Assembly (NCBI GenBank): GCA_964016885.1
Contig: OZ024743.1
Coordinates: forward strand, 106,702,001 to 106,766,000
Origin: Eledone cirrhosa
Taxonomy: Eukaryota
Length of the DNA stretch: 64,000 nucleotides
Reading direction: 5' to 3'
Under the pieces are notes generated by a model that ran no database searches, was not told the DNA's origin, and saw only the letters and a list, made by a program, of their open reading frames with translations. The position numbers and the translations under genes were made by a program. Shown here piece after piece: positions 27,713-41,078 of the stretch (position 1 is its first letter; each line of letters opens with the position of its first letter).

Positions 27713-28296
27713 CGTGTGTGTGAGTGTGTAAGCTTTTAATGCATCTGTATTCTTCCTCGAAGCAGAATCCTTGTAATCCTTAGTGTTTCCCTGATTTCTA
27801 TAATCCCCCTTTATTCTTAAGTAGGTCCCTTATCTATCCATTACTTACCATTGCCATAGCTTTTATCTTTTATTCTCTACTTTCACGATTTTTGCATCAA
27901 CCAGTCTGTTTTAAATATTCTTCATGTTAATAGCATTTTTTATACTATTTTTGATCAGATCAATGCCATTTGGTTGCGAAGGAAATAAAACCACAATTTA
28001 AACAAAGAAATAGGAACATTAATAAACAAACTTTAACTGTGGGCATGTTGTAAAATATACATTTAGTGTAACCATCTGTTAATCGATTTATTATATGTGG
28101 GGCGTTTGATTTTTTCATATAATTTATCTATTTATATAATATATAATATGATATGGAATATAATATATTATAGTATATGATAATTAAAGAAATCTCGGAT
28201 ATTTGATATCCTATTTAATAATGATACTATTCGTCTGGGTATAAAGTTAATTAGTATTGCTTCTAATACTCAAAGAAGACCATTAATCTCCAAGGG

Positions 28297-28339
<43 letters not shown>

Positions 28340-28921
28340 AAGGTAGAAGACAGAGAGAGAGAATATGTGAGAGAGAGGTAGAGAGGGAAATACCCGAGAA
28401 TATCGCACTTAGCGCATGATTTGTACATTATGCTATGGACCTTAGAAAGATGAAAACAGATTGAACAAGTTTTGCTCGATATTTTGTTCGACGCTCTAAG
28501 GATTCTGAATATCCATTGATAGAGTGGAGTTACTTATGATATCAGATTTATCACATGATGTCATATTTGCTTTTCCTATTCTGAGATGCATATAAACATG
28601 TTATTAAAGGAGCCATTTAAACGCCTATAAAATTTCAGTTCTTGTTAGAGTTTACACATATGTAGATTTAGCTGGATTTCGAAGCACTTGATTTCATTGG
28701 TCTCCTGGGTGTTTTAATATTGCGCAATCCAGTATCATGTTCCCTATCATTGTTAGGTCCCGCATGTTAAATTAATGTGCATCTGATGGTTCTCACTTTC
28801 GAATTCTTCTCTAGATGGTAATGTACGTAAAGATGAGTTGCATGTATGCATATATATATATATACATATGTGTGTGTGTAAATATATGAGTGTGTGTGTG
28901 TATGCGTGTGTGTGTGTATTC

Positions 28922-28954
<33 letters not shown>

Positions 28955-30675
28955 AATATATATATTTACATATGTATATATGTATGTACGCAATACATGT
29001 AAGCAATGTGTGTAGATATGCATATATGTATGGGTATATGTATGGGTATATGTATGCTTGTATGTATGGATGCATAGATGGCTGTATAGTGTGCATGACA
29101 AAGTGCTCGTCAGAAATCAAATTTATTTTCAATTTTTGTAGTGGTAATGCGATTACTTTTGCATAAAAGAGCGTTGTGACGCCATTACTGACCATGGATT
29201 ATACAGCCATAACTTACATGGATATCATGGGTTTGTCTTTCAGAGAAAGGTGTCTATGCAATTTGTTTTGCAGACATTCAGCAGTCAACAAACTCAACGA
29301 AGCAAGTGTCGTATCAAGGAAATACGGCTTTGTTGCCTATTGACACCATTGTTCAATGTTTGTAGAATAGAGTGTCTTGTTCAATAGTACCACGTGCCGC
29401 CTACATCGAGAATCAAACTCCAGACCATACGATTCTGAGCCATCCATTCACATCACTTAAACACACATCTCCCACAACCTACGTAAGTAAATAAAAAATA
29501 GGTGAAACTAGTGAACGACAAAATGTCGCTTTCAAATCTTTAAGTAAATCTTAATTAGTCTAGCCTTTATAAAAGAAATAATGAATTCTAATATTTATTT
29601 ATTCATCTTGTTGTGGTTGCTATATTTGTACACATAAAAATGATGGTGTAAACTTGAAAGTTTTTGACTTTTTTATGGCCGACAGTTTATTTGCTTTAAA
29701 CCCGAGTGATTAGCTCAAAGAGATCTTATTACAATCTCATTAACATAGCACAACTTTCTGTGCGAATCATAAAAACGCTTCTAATACAAAGTCACATATC
29801 GTTGTCAAAGATAGAAATCTTTTAATTAGAGAAAACACAATTCAATTATTTATTATTTTTTATAAATGTTAAAATCGTAATACACATAAGCACAATAAGT
29901 TAAGTAAAAATGTGTGGATAATAGACAATATTCTTAGAAATTTACCAATTGGGATCTGTCTCTTCTGATTTAATATTTAAAACAGTATTAATGTTTTGTT
30001 TAGAAATAATGTATGATAAGAAATTGCATTAACAGCACGTGCTTTCTGATTCGATCCCAACATGCGACACATTGATCAAGTATCTTTTACTAAATTCACG
30101 GGAAGAAGAACTGTTCTTAATGCAATAATATATTTACATACACATATAAATATATATACTAGCAGATTTACCCGCCGTTGTCCGGGGTTGGAAATTATGC
30201 TAAGAATATACAGCTAGGAAGTAAAAGAAGAACATTAGTTGTCCCCAACCTGTCAAAATAAGTAGAAGTCTTCAATAATTAATGCAAACGAATAATTAGT
30301 GCAATCTTTATACACATAAAACTATGCTGATAATGAAGGAAAACACTGAACAGGATGTAGTTATAATGATTAAAGACAATACTCGTTGCAAATCTGTAAA
30401 AAAACAGGCAGTTTCGCTAAAGTACAAAAAGTTCTAATGAAAGCAGAGTTGTTTACAAACAAAAAAACAATGAGAGTAGAATAAGAGAAAATGTATTCTT
30501 TGAGAGCATACTTTGCTATGTATGGTTAAATTTTGAACTTATAATCCAAAATATCCTGCATGACATATTCATTGGTATGTATTGTAATGAGTAAGGTGAA
30601 GTCCTGGCAGAGCTGTAATAAGTTTTTTTGTTAACACTAAAGCACTTCAGGATAGACGATATTCTTTGTTTTTCT

Positions 30676-33600
30676 TTACGGAACAAACGCAAAGAGATTA
30701 TCTCGACTGCCAACTCGTGAGCAGGCAACGTAGAATTGTCCGTGCGAAAAGCAAGGTTCATCCAAGTGAATTCCAGCGACAGACATAGTTTGACCATGCG
30801 ACTTGTTTATGGACATCGCAAAGGCAACTCGAAGGGAAAATTCGGTTCGGCGAAAGGAGAAAGGAATATCCACGCTTGATGTAATCAGGGTAATTTTTGT
30901 TATTATCACTTCCTCGCCTTTTTCACATCCGGATATAATGGTAGGGTCAATACTAAGTGGAGACAGTTTTTTAACCACAAGGCGTGTACCATTGCATAGT
31001 TTTCGAGGAGTGATATTTCTCAGCAAAATAACTGGCGTTTCCTCTTTCAGAACCAATGTATTAGGAGGTAACCCGGGAGGGTTTAAAGAATTTAGAAATT
31101 CAACTGGATAATTGATCGCATCCTGTGGATCACATACAGTATCAAGAGATTTATATATCTGTGGACGTCCAGGAAGAAGCTTAAGAAGCTGATCGTTAAT
31201 AGAGCTAACCGTGATATTTTTGCGTGCAAGAATGGCTCTTTCGCATAGCCAATCAAGAATCGTATGGTTAGCAGGCAAATTAGGGAATACATTCACCTTG
31301 AGATCATCGAAAGTTTCAACTACATTGCAGATGTGATCAATTGCTAAGTGTCCATCTGTAAGAATGCCTCCAGAAAATGTTGATGACAGAGGGTCCCCAT
31401 GAAATCTTGCACGCATGTTGGTAGTTAGTCTTAATGATGTCACTTGTCGCCACAATGGTGAAGACTTAAGACGTGCATTTAACGCATCTGCTCTTGTTTC
31501 TTTCGGTATTATAGGAAGAGTCTGTCTGAAGTCTCCTGATAGCAGAAGGGTGACACCCTCCATAGCATCACTGCAATCCCGTATGTCTTGCAAAGACCTG
31601 TCTAGTGCCTGAAGAGCACCTTTGTGCGCCATTGTGCACTCATCCCAAACAATAAGGTGACAACTTCGCAGCAGATGAGCCCTTTCGGAGTCTTTGGTGA
31701 TATGACAAGTAGGAGTTTCCAATTTTTCCAAATCAAGGGGCAATTTAAAAACTGAATGTGCCGTCCTTCCACCAGGGAGCAAGGTTGCTGCGATTCCAGA
31801 GGGTGCAACTGCTATTGCTATGTCCTTATTCTGTCTAACTTTTGCAAGAAGAAGTTTAGTAACGAAAGATTTTCCTGTCCCCACTGGAGCATCGAGGAAA
31901 AATATGCCACCCCTTTTTGAAATACCGATACAGTAATGGTGGTATAAGCCAGTCGCTGATCAGCTAGCAGTTTTGGCTCATTATCTGTGACGTAGAGGCC
32001 GAGATCATGGATGTCATAAGAAATCTCCTGTATGATATATGTGGGAAGTTTGTTTGAGTCCGTGCGATGAGTTTCAGGTAAACCGTAGTCACGTAAAACC
32101 TTTCCTCCAATCAGAGCTAACTTGTCCTCAATATCAATGAGAGCTCTGTTGTAAAAGTCATTACTAAAGCCGACCTCTATTTCTGGAAGCAGCAATTGTG
32201 CTTGGTGTATGTAGCGTCTGTTAGTTCATCCCTATATTTCATCCACAAGGACAGAGGATCAGATAAGTGCACGAGTGCAAAAGTACCGCAAATAAATTTC
32301 TTAGGCTCACAGGTGAATGTGAAAGAGCAACTTCCGCCATCGTTGCATCCCACTGTGAACCATCTTCCAGCAATCCACGCCTCAAACATGCCTTTGTATC
32401 TGTTGGAACAACTTGTCCGTCGAACGTTCGGAGATCATCAAACACGTAGGTCCTCTGACCTCATGTAGTAGCATGAGAAGATGAAGCACTCGTGTTGGTT
32501 TGGTGGCACAGTATAAACTCTGCCCACGCACTCGTTGAATTTGATGCCGGGATAACCTTGGACACACTGTCCTGTTTTTCTTCGCTTCCATGTATTTTTG
32601 TTCCAGGCATAGTAAGATGGGATTTGTGGATATAGTAATGTTTTAGCAAATGGATCTTCTTGACATAGTTTAAGGAAAGCGGTAAGAGTAGTATCCTTTG
32701 GTTCTTGTGCAACTGAGCAGCTGATGCATTCGTAAAATATACTCTCTGACCGTTCTCCAGGTACACTTGGAGTTTTTGAACAGCGGGATGCCTTTGATGT
32801 ATGAAACATCCGAAGATCCGCCAGAACGCTTCATTAGAGCTAATGTATCTTCCAGTTTGGTACTGAGCCACTTCATCTCGGCTGTTTTCCCGAAGTAATC
32901 CAAAGGCAGCAGCATCAGAGTCTTTATTAATGTACTTACAAATGTATTTTATAGATTTAATTGAATTACAGTATTCTACGTTGATGTTTGCATCAACAAC
33001 CTTTAGGAGGAGTGGATTATATGGAACAACCCATCTGTTGTCAACCTCATGTTTGCCAACCCTTGCTGTGAATCCACCATCTTCGGCTCTTCTCCTGCGA
33101 TATAGTGGGTATCTGTCATGAGCAGTCTGAGTGTCCTTAAGGAACTGTCGGGGAAATTTCTTTGTGCACCTAGACTTGTCCTTATCAAACGGTAGGTTGT
33201 TGTGAAATCCATGTCCACATGGGCCATGCACCATCTGTGCTTTAACTTTTTGGTAAAGGTCTCTGTTGATTGCCGGATCCGGACCCTCAGCAGAAATGAC
33301 ATTGTCAATTTCACCTGATCTAAGTTTTGTCTTTAACCAGATCAGAATGTGGGCATGTTGCAAGCCTCGTTTTTGCCACTCAATTGTAAGCATGTCACAT
33401 TGTACTGGGCCAAAGATTTCACCTGTTTTGATAAGTTCCATGAGCTTAATTAACTTAAGATGGAAAATTCTGGCAATAAGATCCTGCCGAACATGTCAAC
33501 TGCCAATTGATTGAAGAGGTCTTGTGATCGGTGCAGCTGGTTGAAGCAGTTGTCGCGGATCATGAATCGGAAAGCGTAACACTCCATGCACGTGACAATT

Positions 33601-34738
33601 TTCGTGGTATGCTCTTCTTGGTTTGTGGAATTAATTTGATGAATTCCGAAATGGTATCCATCCTCACCATAAACAAATAATAGCGGATACTTGAGTGCGT
33701 CGTAAGATCGATGGGGTTCACTTATTCTCTTAAGGCTGTTGTCTCGTCGCTTGATAATAATATCTCTCTTGTTGTGCTGCTCTCCACTAATAACTATGGT
33801 TACCTCATTATCAGTAGGTGCATTATACCGGCCCCCATGCTCCGCAGACGGTCTCTCATCAGCGTAAATGACGATATCGTAATTTGGCGAAGGTGCTTCT
33901 TCTAAAGCACACTTGAAGCTTTGATTGTAGCTATTGTTAGAGTGAAGAATGTCTTGGAGGTCAATAAGGAGTTCTAGTTTAGTGTCTGAAGTGTACGATT
34001 GCCGTCGATCTGCTTGCTGATGACAGTTAACAATAAAGTAAACCTGTAAAAATTGTGGCTCTCCAGTAGGCAGCGGTTGCAGTGATCCAATGAGATGATA
34101 CACCTGGCCCTGTACTTTGAAAGTCGGCATAAATCCATCTTCCTTCAGACGTTTTGCACCGAAAGAGGTCATTTGAAACGCAATGTTGTACTGTCGGATA
34201 TGCTTCAGAAAATCAGGTGATTGGAATGCTTATCTGTTAGAAGCATTTGGAGAGGTCGCGGTTGTTCCCTAAGAGTGGGCAATTTAACCTTACCATTGGA
34301 GCAGCACATTACAGCTGATTCTCCCGCCCACTTTTTAGCTTTACATTGTTGGCAAGTATTTGACATGGCATATATTTGAATATCAGGATGGATTTGATAG
34401 TTTACATTAGGGCCATAATTAACTGCCTTAAGGTACCATTGTGAGCGTGATGCCTTTGAAATACCCCGCGATAAAGCTCTACGTTGAGCGTTACCCTCCA
34501 GCCGAATAGCTCGACGTGTTACAGTCTCTACAGCTCGTACCTTAGCAGTAGCTGAAGCATTTCTCAATTGGCGACTTTGACGTTCTTGCTCAGTCTCAAT
34601 TGCTCTTGCTGCAGCATTAGCTGAAGCATTACGCGCACGGCGTATTTCATATTTGTGTACTGTCTCTGCAGCTCGTGCTGCAGCAGTTGCTTTAGCATTA
34701 TTGGTTCGCCGCACTAACCGACGCTCAGCGGCGGACAA
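30676..34738 (-). pseudogene. Helitron RepHel (Zn finger, HUH Rep, PIF1 helicase), fragmented
   Basis: CQQCKAKKW..MCCSNGKV; IEWQKRGLQHAHILIW; YICKYINK; GTGKS, WDECTM, GDFRQTLP, LCNGTRL, AFAMSINKSHGQT, HGQFYVACSRV. Confidence 0.95.
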
Positions 34739-35109
34739 AGATGTTGTAATAACTGTTTATTTTCGGTTATCTGTGGAGCGTCATTACACGCATTGTTTTC
34801 TTCGACCGAGAGGTCAAAGTCCGAGAGCCAATAGGTGCATACTTTCTTTTGGTGAAAAATTTTAAAGTCAAAATGTATGACTTGAAGCGTTACAGTAAAA
34901 TTAAAAATATACTGGCAAAACTTAAAAAATCCTTTGAATAACATCCTTTTCAGTATGTTCCTTCATTGTCAATAAAGTTTGATGTGTACGAATACAGCAT
35001 TTAATATTATTGCTATCGATTGTTATTGCTCAACGTGGGTCGATTTGAAAAATGTTTGTGATGTGACCATCTTAGATTTGTATACAATACACAATTACTT
35101 GTCCTAACT

Positions 35110-35557
35110 GGCTTCCATAATTTTTTCATCTCCTCACTCCTCTACTTTTTTATCCTCCCCTTCAACGTATCTTCCTACCTCTTTCCGCTACTCTTACTGC
35201 GTCTATTTCTTTCTGTTATTTTCTCTCTCTCTTTCTCTCTTTTTATATCTTATTTTCCCCCATCTCTCTCTGTTTGTGTCATTTCTCCTCTCTTTCTCCT
35301 TCTCTTTCTCCCTCTCTATCTCTCTCTGTCTCTTTTTCCCTCTCTTTATATTTCATATGCCCCCCCCCTCTATTAATTATGGCTTTCCGCTCTCATTATT
35401 TTCTATCACTCCTCTCTTTCTTTCTCTCTTAGTATCATATCTCCCTCTTTCTCTGTCTTTGTATCTCAACTCCCTCTCTGTCTCTTTTATACTATATCTC
35501 TTCTCTCGCTCTCGCGCTCTATCATGCTCTCTCGCGTTCTCTCACTCTCGCGCTCTC

Positions 35558-35609
<52 letters not shown>

Positions 35610-35820
35610 GTATCATATCTCCCTCTTTCTCTCTCTGTGTTCCATATCTCATCACTCTCCCTCTCTCTCTCTCTTTGTACCATATATCCTCTCTCTCACT
35701 CTGTCTCTCTGTACCATATCTCCTCTCTCTCCGTCTGTACTATATCTCCCCCTCTCCCTCTCTACCATATCTTCTCTCTCTCTCTCTCGCTCTCACACTC
35801 TCTCAGTGTTTCCTCTACCA
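35110..35820. repeat. (CT)-rich low-complexity tract inside the Helitron 5' region
   Basis: Long polypyrimidine/(CT)n array with recurring gtaccatatctc units. Confidence 0.85.
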
Positions 35821-36014
35821 CTGATTCTGACCGCCGTGGTCTTTCATACTCTGTACACACACATCCGCGCTTTTATATATATAGATGATTTTGGTATCGA
35901 TTTCGTATTGCTCAACGTCGGTCGATTTGAAAAATGTTTGTGATGTGGCCATCTTAGTGACAGGTGCAACGTGCACAGAAAATCTGGTCAAATTCGGTTG
36001 GGAATTGTAAAAGC

Positions 36015-36060
<46 letters not shown>

Positions 36061-36192
36061 GCAAAAGTTTTACTTAAGATTGTTGGGTTACAGCGAGTAA
36101 ATATTTTATAACTGATATAAAAGCACTCAACAGTTTCTGGAGTAGGTTTACGATATTAAACAAATGGAAACTATATTTATAAAACCATATTT

Positions 36193-36256
36193 ATTTCGTT
36201 ATATATATTTCTGGGATATCATATTAAAAATATGGTATGCCTTCCTCAGACAAAAT
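36193..36256 (-). ncRNA. Type I hammerhead ribozyme (inverted copy)
   Basis: Reverse complement of 36807-36870. Confidence 0.75.
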
Positions 36257-36806
36257 ACAATACATAAGCTGTTTTATAAATACTTTTTGACATACCTTAT
36301 AATAATGCAACTTTCATTTAAAAAGTTGATTTGGTAGTGAAACTGTTATGACAGTTTTATAGAAAGAAAAACGAAGATGAGAAGAAGAAGATGAAGAGAT
36401 GTATGTAAATAAAAAAAAAGAAGATGAAGAGATGTATGTAAAGAAAAACACCAGAGCGAGATAGAGAGACAAGGAGATATGGGAGAGAGAAATACATTGA
36501 GGAAGTGAAAAAATATAGTAGGCAGCTTTTGGACAGATGATCATCGTATATGTGAGAGGTTAAGGAGGGAAGGGATACAGTTAAACTAGCCGACACATAA
36601 ATTACGTCCAGTGTATAGGAGAAAAAGAAAGAAAGATGATATATTTAAAATATATTAAAAATATATATTATGTCTCATTTGCAAATTTTCGTTTTTCTTT
36701 CTATATAACTGTCATAACAGTTTCACTACCAAATCAACTTTTTAAATGGAAGTTGCATTATTATAAGGTATGTCAAAAATTATTTATAAAACAGCTTATG
36801 TATTGT

Positions 36807-36870
36807 ATTTTGTCTGAGGAAGGCATACCATATTTTTAATATGATATCCCAGAAATATATATAACGAAAT
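36807..36870 (+). ncRNA. Type I hammerhead ribozyme with 31-nt stem II and palindromic stem III
   Basis: attttgt-CTGAGGA-a gg..catatt ttt aatatg..cc ca-GAAA-tatata-TA-acgaaat; stem I is 7 bp. Confidence 0.75.
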
Positions 36871-36911
36871 AAATATGGTTTTATAAATATAGTTTCCATT
36901 TGTTTAATATC

Positions 36912-36983
<72 letters not shown>

Positions 36984-37071
36984 CGTTTCTGAATTTGTTT
37001 AGCAAGATTCTTTATCTGAAATCGTGTGTTGAAACCGATATTGTTATACTTTGGGAGGGTCATGTTGCCAA

Positions 37072-40000
37072 GCTAAAATCACCACAGCTAAAATCACCAC
37101 ACCAACAGAAAAACTAATATTTATAAGCCTTATACGCCCCGAAGAACAGTACATTACTCAAGAATGTGATGAGCACTTTAACAGAAAACTAAAGTGGCTT
37201 AAACAGGCAAAGCTAAATCGGGATACTATAGAGTATACCAATAGATATCCCGACAAAATTGACGGTATCAACATGGCCGACACCTCATTATCAGAAGAGT
37301 TCAACAACGAAAATACCAACATTTATGGAAACACGGAAATAGATAATAATGAAATGTCTGTATTATGTCTGCCACCCAAATTTGCGACATTCAAGAAGGT
37401 AAATATGATTAGTTGTCTGTCAGAAATAGAAAAATCATTTACAAAACTACGCTGGAGCATCAAAAACAAAAGCAACAATATACGCACACACATATACAAC
37501 ACACAGCCCAACAACAACAGACACACAGACACAAACAACAATAACAACAACACACACATCAACAACAACAGCAATAGCAACATACCCAGATACAACAACA
37601 ACAGACACGCAGACACAAACAACAATAACAACACACACAACAACGATAACACACACGGAGACAACAATAACAACAACACACACATCAACAACAACAACAA
37701 TAGCAACATACCCAGATACAACAACAACAGACACGCAGACACAAACAACAATAACAACACACACAACAACGATAACACACACGGAGACAACAACAACACA
37801 CATCAACAACAACACACATCAACAACAACAACACACACGCATTCAATGCCTCTCACCACCACCACAATCTTAACAAACACACAGACACAGAAAACAAGTA
37901 ATGACAGTAGCACAGAAATCAGAGAAATAAGAGAAAGTAATAGTATTAAAAGAAAAAGGAGATGGGAGACTAAGGACAAAGAGAATAACCAAGACGAACA
38001 CACACACACACAAAATAGGGTAGATAACAACATTGAGCCAGTGGAAAGAGACAGGAGTAATTATGAGAGACATAGAAACAACCATGAGGCTGAGGCTGTT
38101 GGTGGAAATAGAAATAGAAACAACACAACTAACAATAATAATAGCACTAGTACACATAAAGCAGCAGCCTGGAACTCTCCGTTTTATAACCCCTCCGATA
38201 AATCATTCGACCTACGACGAGTCCACGCCACGACTCTGCCATTTAACAAACGCACGCAGTTGCTGTCGCAGGTCGATGAACAAACAGAAGCACAATTTAG
38301 TATAGCTAAATCCGAACTTAGAAATATTATAGAGCAGTATAGCAAGAAGCATAATAGAATAGAGGCCCAGCAACTGGGAGAAAAATCTGCAAATGGCTTG
38401 CGTAAGCTCATGCAGCGCTCGCGTAATGGAGAGATAGCATGTTTTCCAACAGTCAAGTCTGGCAGAATGTCGGTTGACAGCCTGCCAAACTACATCCAGG
38501 CAATGCAACCCCACATCACTAACACAAGAGAGGTAACACCACAGGAGCATGAGGATAGAGAAAAAGCCCTCAATGCCCATATGGTGATGTGGACGAATAT
38601 AATGCAGCCCAACAAAAGGACTGCCAACAACTTCCAGGCCTGGAACAATGATGTGCCGGCGTTCTATGGGCTTCGAAAAGACCATAAAACGGGCTGGGAC
38701 CCTGTCGCGGGACCACCAACACGGCCAGTCTGTGGGGCTAACATTGCTAGTAACTACAGACTGTCCTACTTCCTCTCCCTGATCATACGCCCCATCATTG
38801 AGATGTCCCCAGATGTGTGTGACAGCACGGAGGACCTCCTCAGCAGAATCGGCGCGGGTAACCGCTCTGGGGACCTAACAAACTGCATAATAGGCAGTAT
38901 GGATGTTGTGTCCCTGTATCCATCTATTGACGTGGATTTTGCTGTGGAGAAATGCGTAGAAATGATCAGCGAGAGCAAGGTTGAGTTCCGTGGGATTGAT
39001 ACCAGTGAGCTGGGACTTCTACTTAAGCTTACCCATAGTAATAGTTACCTAGACACTTATGACCTTAGCAACCTGTGCCCTACAAGACCAGCAAGAGGCA
39101 GACCACCTACCATTACCTCAATGGCCAAGAAAACCCACACAGATAGATGGAACGGGTGGACCAGAGCCATACGGACACCCGAAAACCACGATGAACTGAA
39201 GAAAATGATTGCACATGCGGTAGGGGCCAGCATAAAATTAACCCTTAAGTAACATATGTTCAAATTTAATGGTAAAACATATGCCCAAGAGGAAGGAGCA
39301 GCCATTGGTGTTAGCATTGCAGGCGACATAGCTAACTTATTCATGGTATGGTGGGACAGTAGACTTAAACAAAAACTTAAAGAACAATTAGAAGACAGAT
39401 TAACCCTGATAATGTACTCCCGCTACGTAGATGATATAAACATCGTAGTTAAGACACCCCCACTAAAGAACAGTCAGGAACTAGAGAAAAACACAATGGA
39501 AAGCATCCAGCAAATAGCAAACTCCATCCACCAGAGCATTAGAGTTACTATAGACTACCCAAGTAGACACCCCAACCATCGATTACCTATACTAGACACA
39601 GAGCTCTGGTTAGATACCATTAACAACCAAAAACAAATCCTCCATTCCCATTATGCCAAACCCATGACTTCCAAACATCTGATCCACCGAAACTCGGCCA
39701 TTTCGGACCATACCAAAATCAACATACTGATTGCGGATTTGGTACGGTTGATGAGAAATGTGTCCCGCATGTGCAACCCCGAAGAACTAGAGAGACACAT
39801 ACAACACTTTATCCACCGTATGCAGTTCTCTGGCTACAATCAGAGAGATAGAATCAGAGTGTATAAAGGAGCCAGAACCAAATGGGAAAAAATGGTAAAT
39901 AATGACATAAATGGGACCTGCCCCTTGTATAGGAGCAAATTTTGGAATAGAATAGAAAGAACTAGGAACAAGGCCAATAGAATAAACTCATGGTATGATA

Positions 40001-40550
40001 GCAATAAATACCAGAGTGTAATGTTCATCAATACAACCCCTAGAGGCGAACTAGCCTAAACATTTAGAAGGGCCCTAAATAAACATAATCTCAATATTAA
40101 GATAGTAGAAAGACAAGGTACCTCCGTAAAAACACTTATTAGCAAGACATACCCGTTCCAAAGACCCTCATGTATAGATAAGAAATGTATAACCTGTAAA
40201 ATAAGCCCCCATATTAACTGTAAAACTAGAAATGTAGTGTATAGCATAAGATGTACAGAAGGACAATGTAGAAACAAAAATATAGTGTACATAGGTGAGA
40301 CAGCTCGTAGTATAGGGGAACGAATAAATGAACACTGGCGAGACCTCCAAGATAATAAAGAATCATCTGTGCTCTACCAACATGCTAAGATAGAACACAG
40401 GGGTAGACTAGAGAACATAGAAATAAAAATAGAATCCACACACAGAAAAGACGCAATGTTTAGGCAAATTACGAGGCAGTAAGCATAAAAGAATTAAAAC
40501 CAAAATTAAATAGAAAATATGAGTGGAACAGCAACATCACAACTAACAAT
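37072..40550 (+). pseudogene. PLE RT-GIY-YIG ORF, 5'-truncated, with two in-frame TAA stops (39250, 40057) and a late frameshift
   Basis: [89 protein letters not shown]. Confidence 0.92.
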
Positions 40551-40859
40551 TAAGGACAAAATGAAAACACACACAGGACAAAATGAAAACACACACACAC
40601 ATAGAACAAACAACTTACAATTAAGGACAAAATGAAAACACACACAGGACAAAATGAAAACACACACACGCATAGAACAAACAACCAACCAACAATAAAT
40701 AAATAAATAAATAAATAAACAAATAGATAAATGAACACAAACACACACAGACACGCGGATGTGGCGCATGCGCAAACTGAGCACACAACACACACACAGA
40801 AACAAAATGGAGTAGGATAGAAGAAAGGAAAGGCACAGAAACAAAGGAAAGGAATCCCC

Positions 40860-40904
40860 AGTCACTGAAGAGGTCACAGAGTGTGTGACGAAAGGACTAT
40901 GACT
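40860..40904 (+). ncRNA. Minimal type I hammerhead ribozyme in PLE pLTR
   Basis: agtca-CTGAAGA-g gtcaca gagtg tgtgac-GAAA-ggac-TA-tgact. Confidence 0.82.
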
Positions 40905-41078
40905 ATATATAAACAACTATCTGGTTGTGGAACCAACCAACCAACCAGAAATTTATAAGTTTGTAAATTTGTAAATTTATAAATTTATAAATATATAATA
41001 AATTGAAGTGAAAGCAACTGGTGCGTGTGTTTCTTATTGGCAACATGACCCTCCCAAAGTATAACAATATATATATAT

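Larger units (their letters stand above)
30159..35885 (-). mobile_element. Helitron with both termini, inserted between A and T
   Basis: Minus strand begins A|TCTATATATATAAAAGCGCGGATGTGTG (35885) and ends with a GC-rich hairpin (ccccggacaacggcggg) then CTAG|T (30159); no TSD. Confidence 0.92.
36061..36914 (+). mobile_element. Non-coding PLE remnant: inverted pLTR pair (36149-36375 / 36688-36914) in (TA)n
   Basis: 227-bp near-perfect inverted repeat; each arm holds an HHR; the left arm has an extra tail to 36061. Confidence 0.8.
36981..41070 (+). mobile_element. Large PLE (clade not assigned) with short inverted 5' pLTR tip (36981-37071), RT, GIY-YIG and HHR-bearing pLTR; flanked by (TA)n
   Basis: See the ORF and HHR entries; 37040-37071 is the reverse complement of 41037-41070. 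Confidence 0.9.

Noticed and set aside
39250-40059. Programmed readthrough of the two stops in the large PLE ORF
   Set aside because: Both stops are TAA, and the sister copy near 61470 has a sense codon at the second site, so they are probably mutations.
40546-40690. Short repeated units resembling a CRISPR array
   Set aside because: Simple tandem duplication in a PLE 3' UTR with no unique spacers; eukaryotic context with no cas genes.
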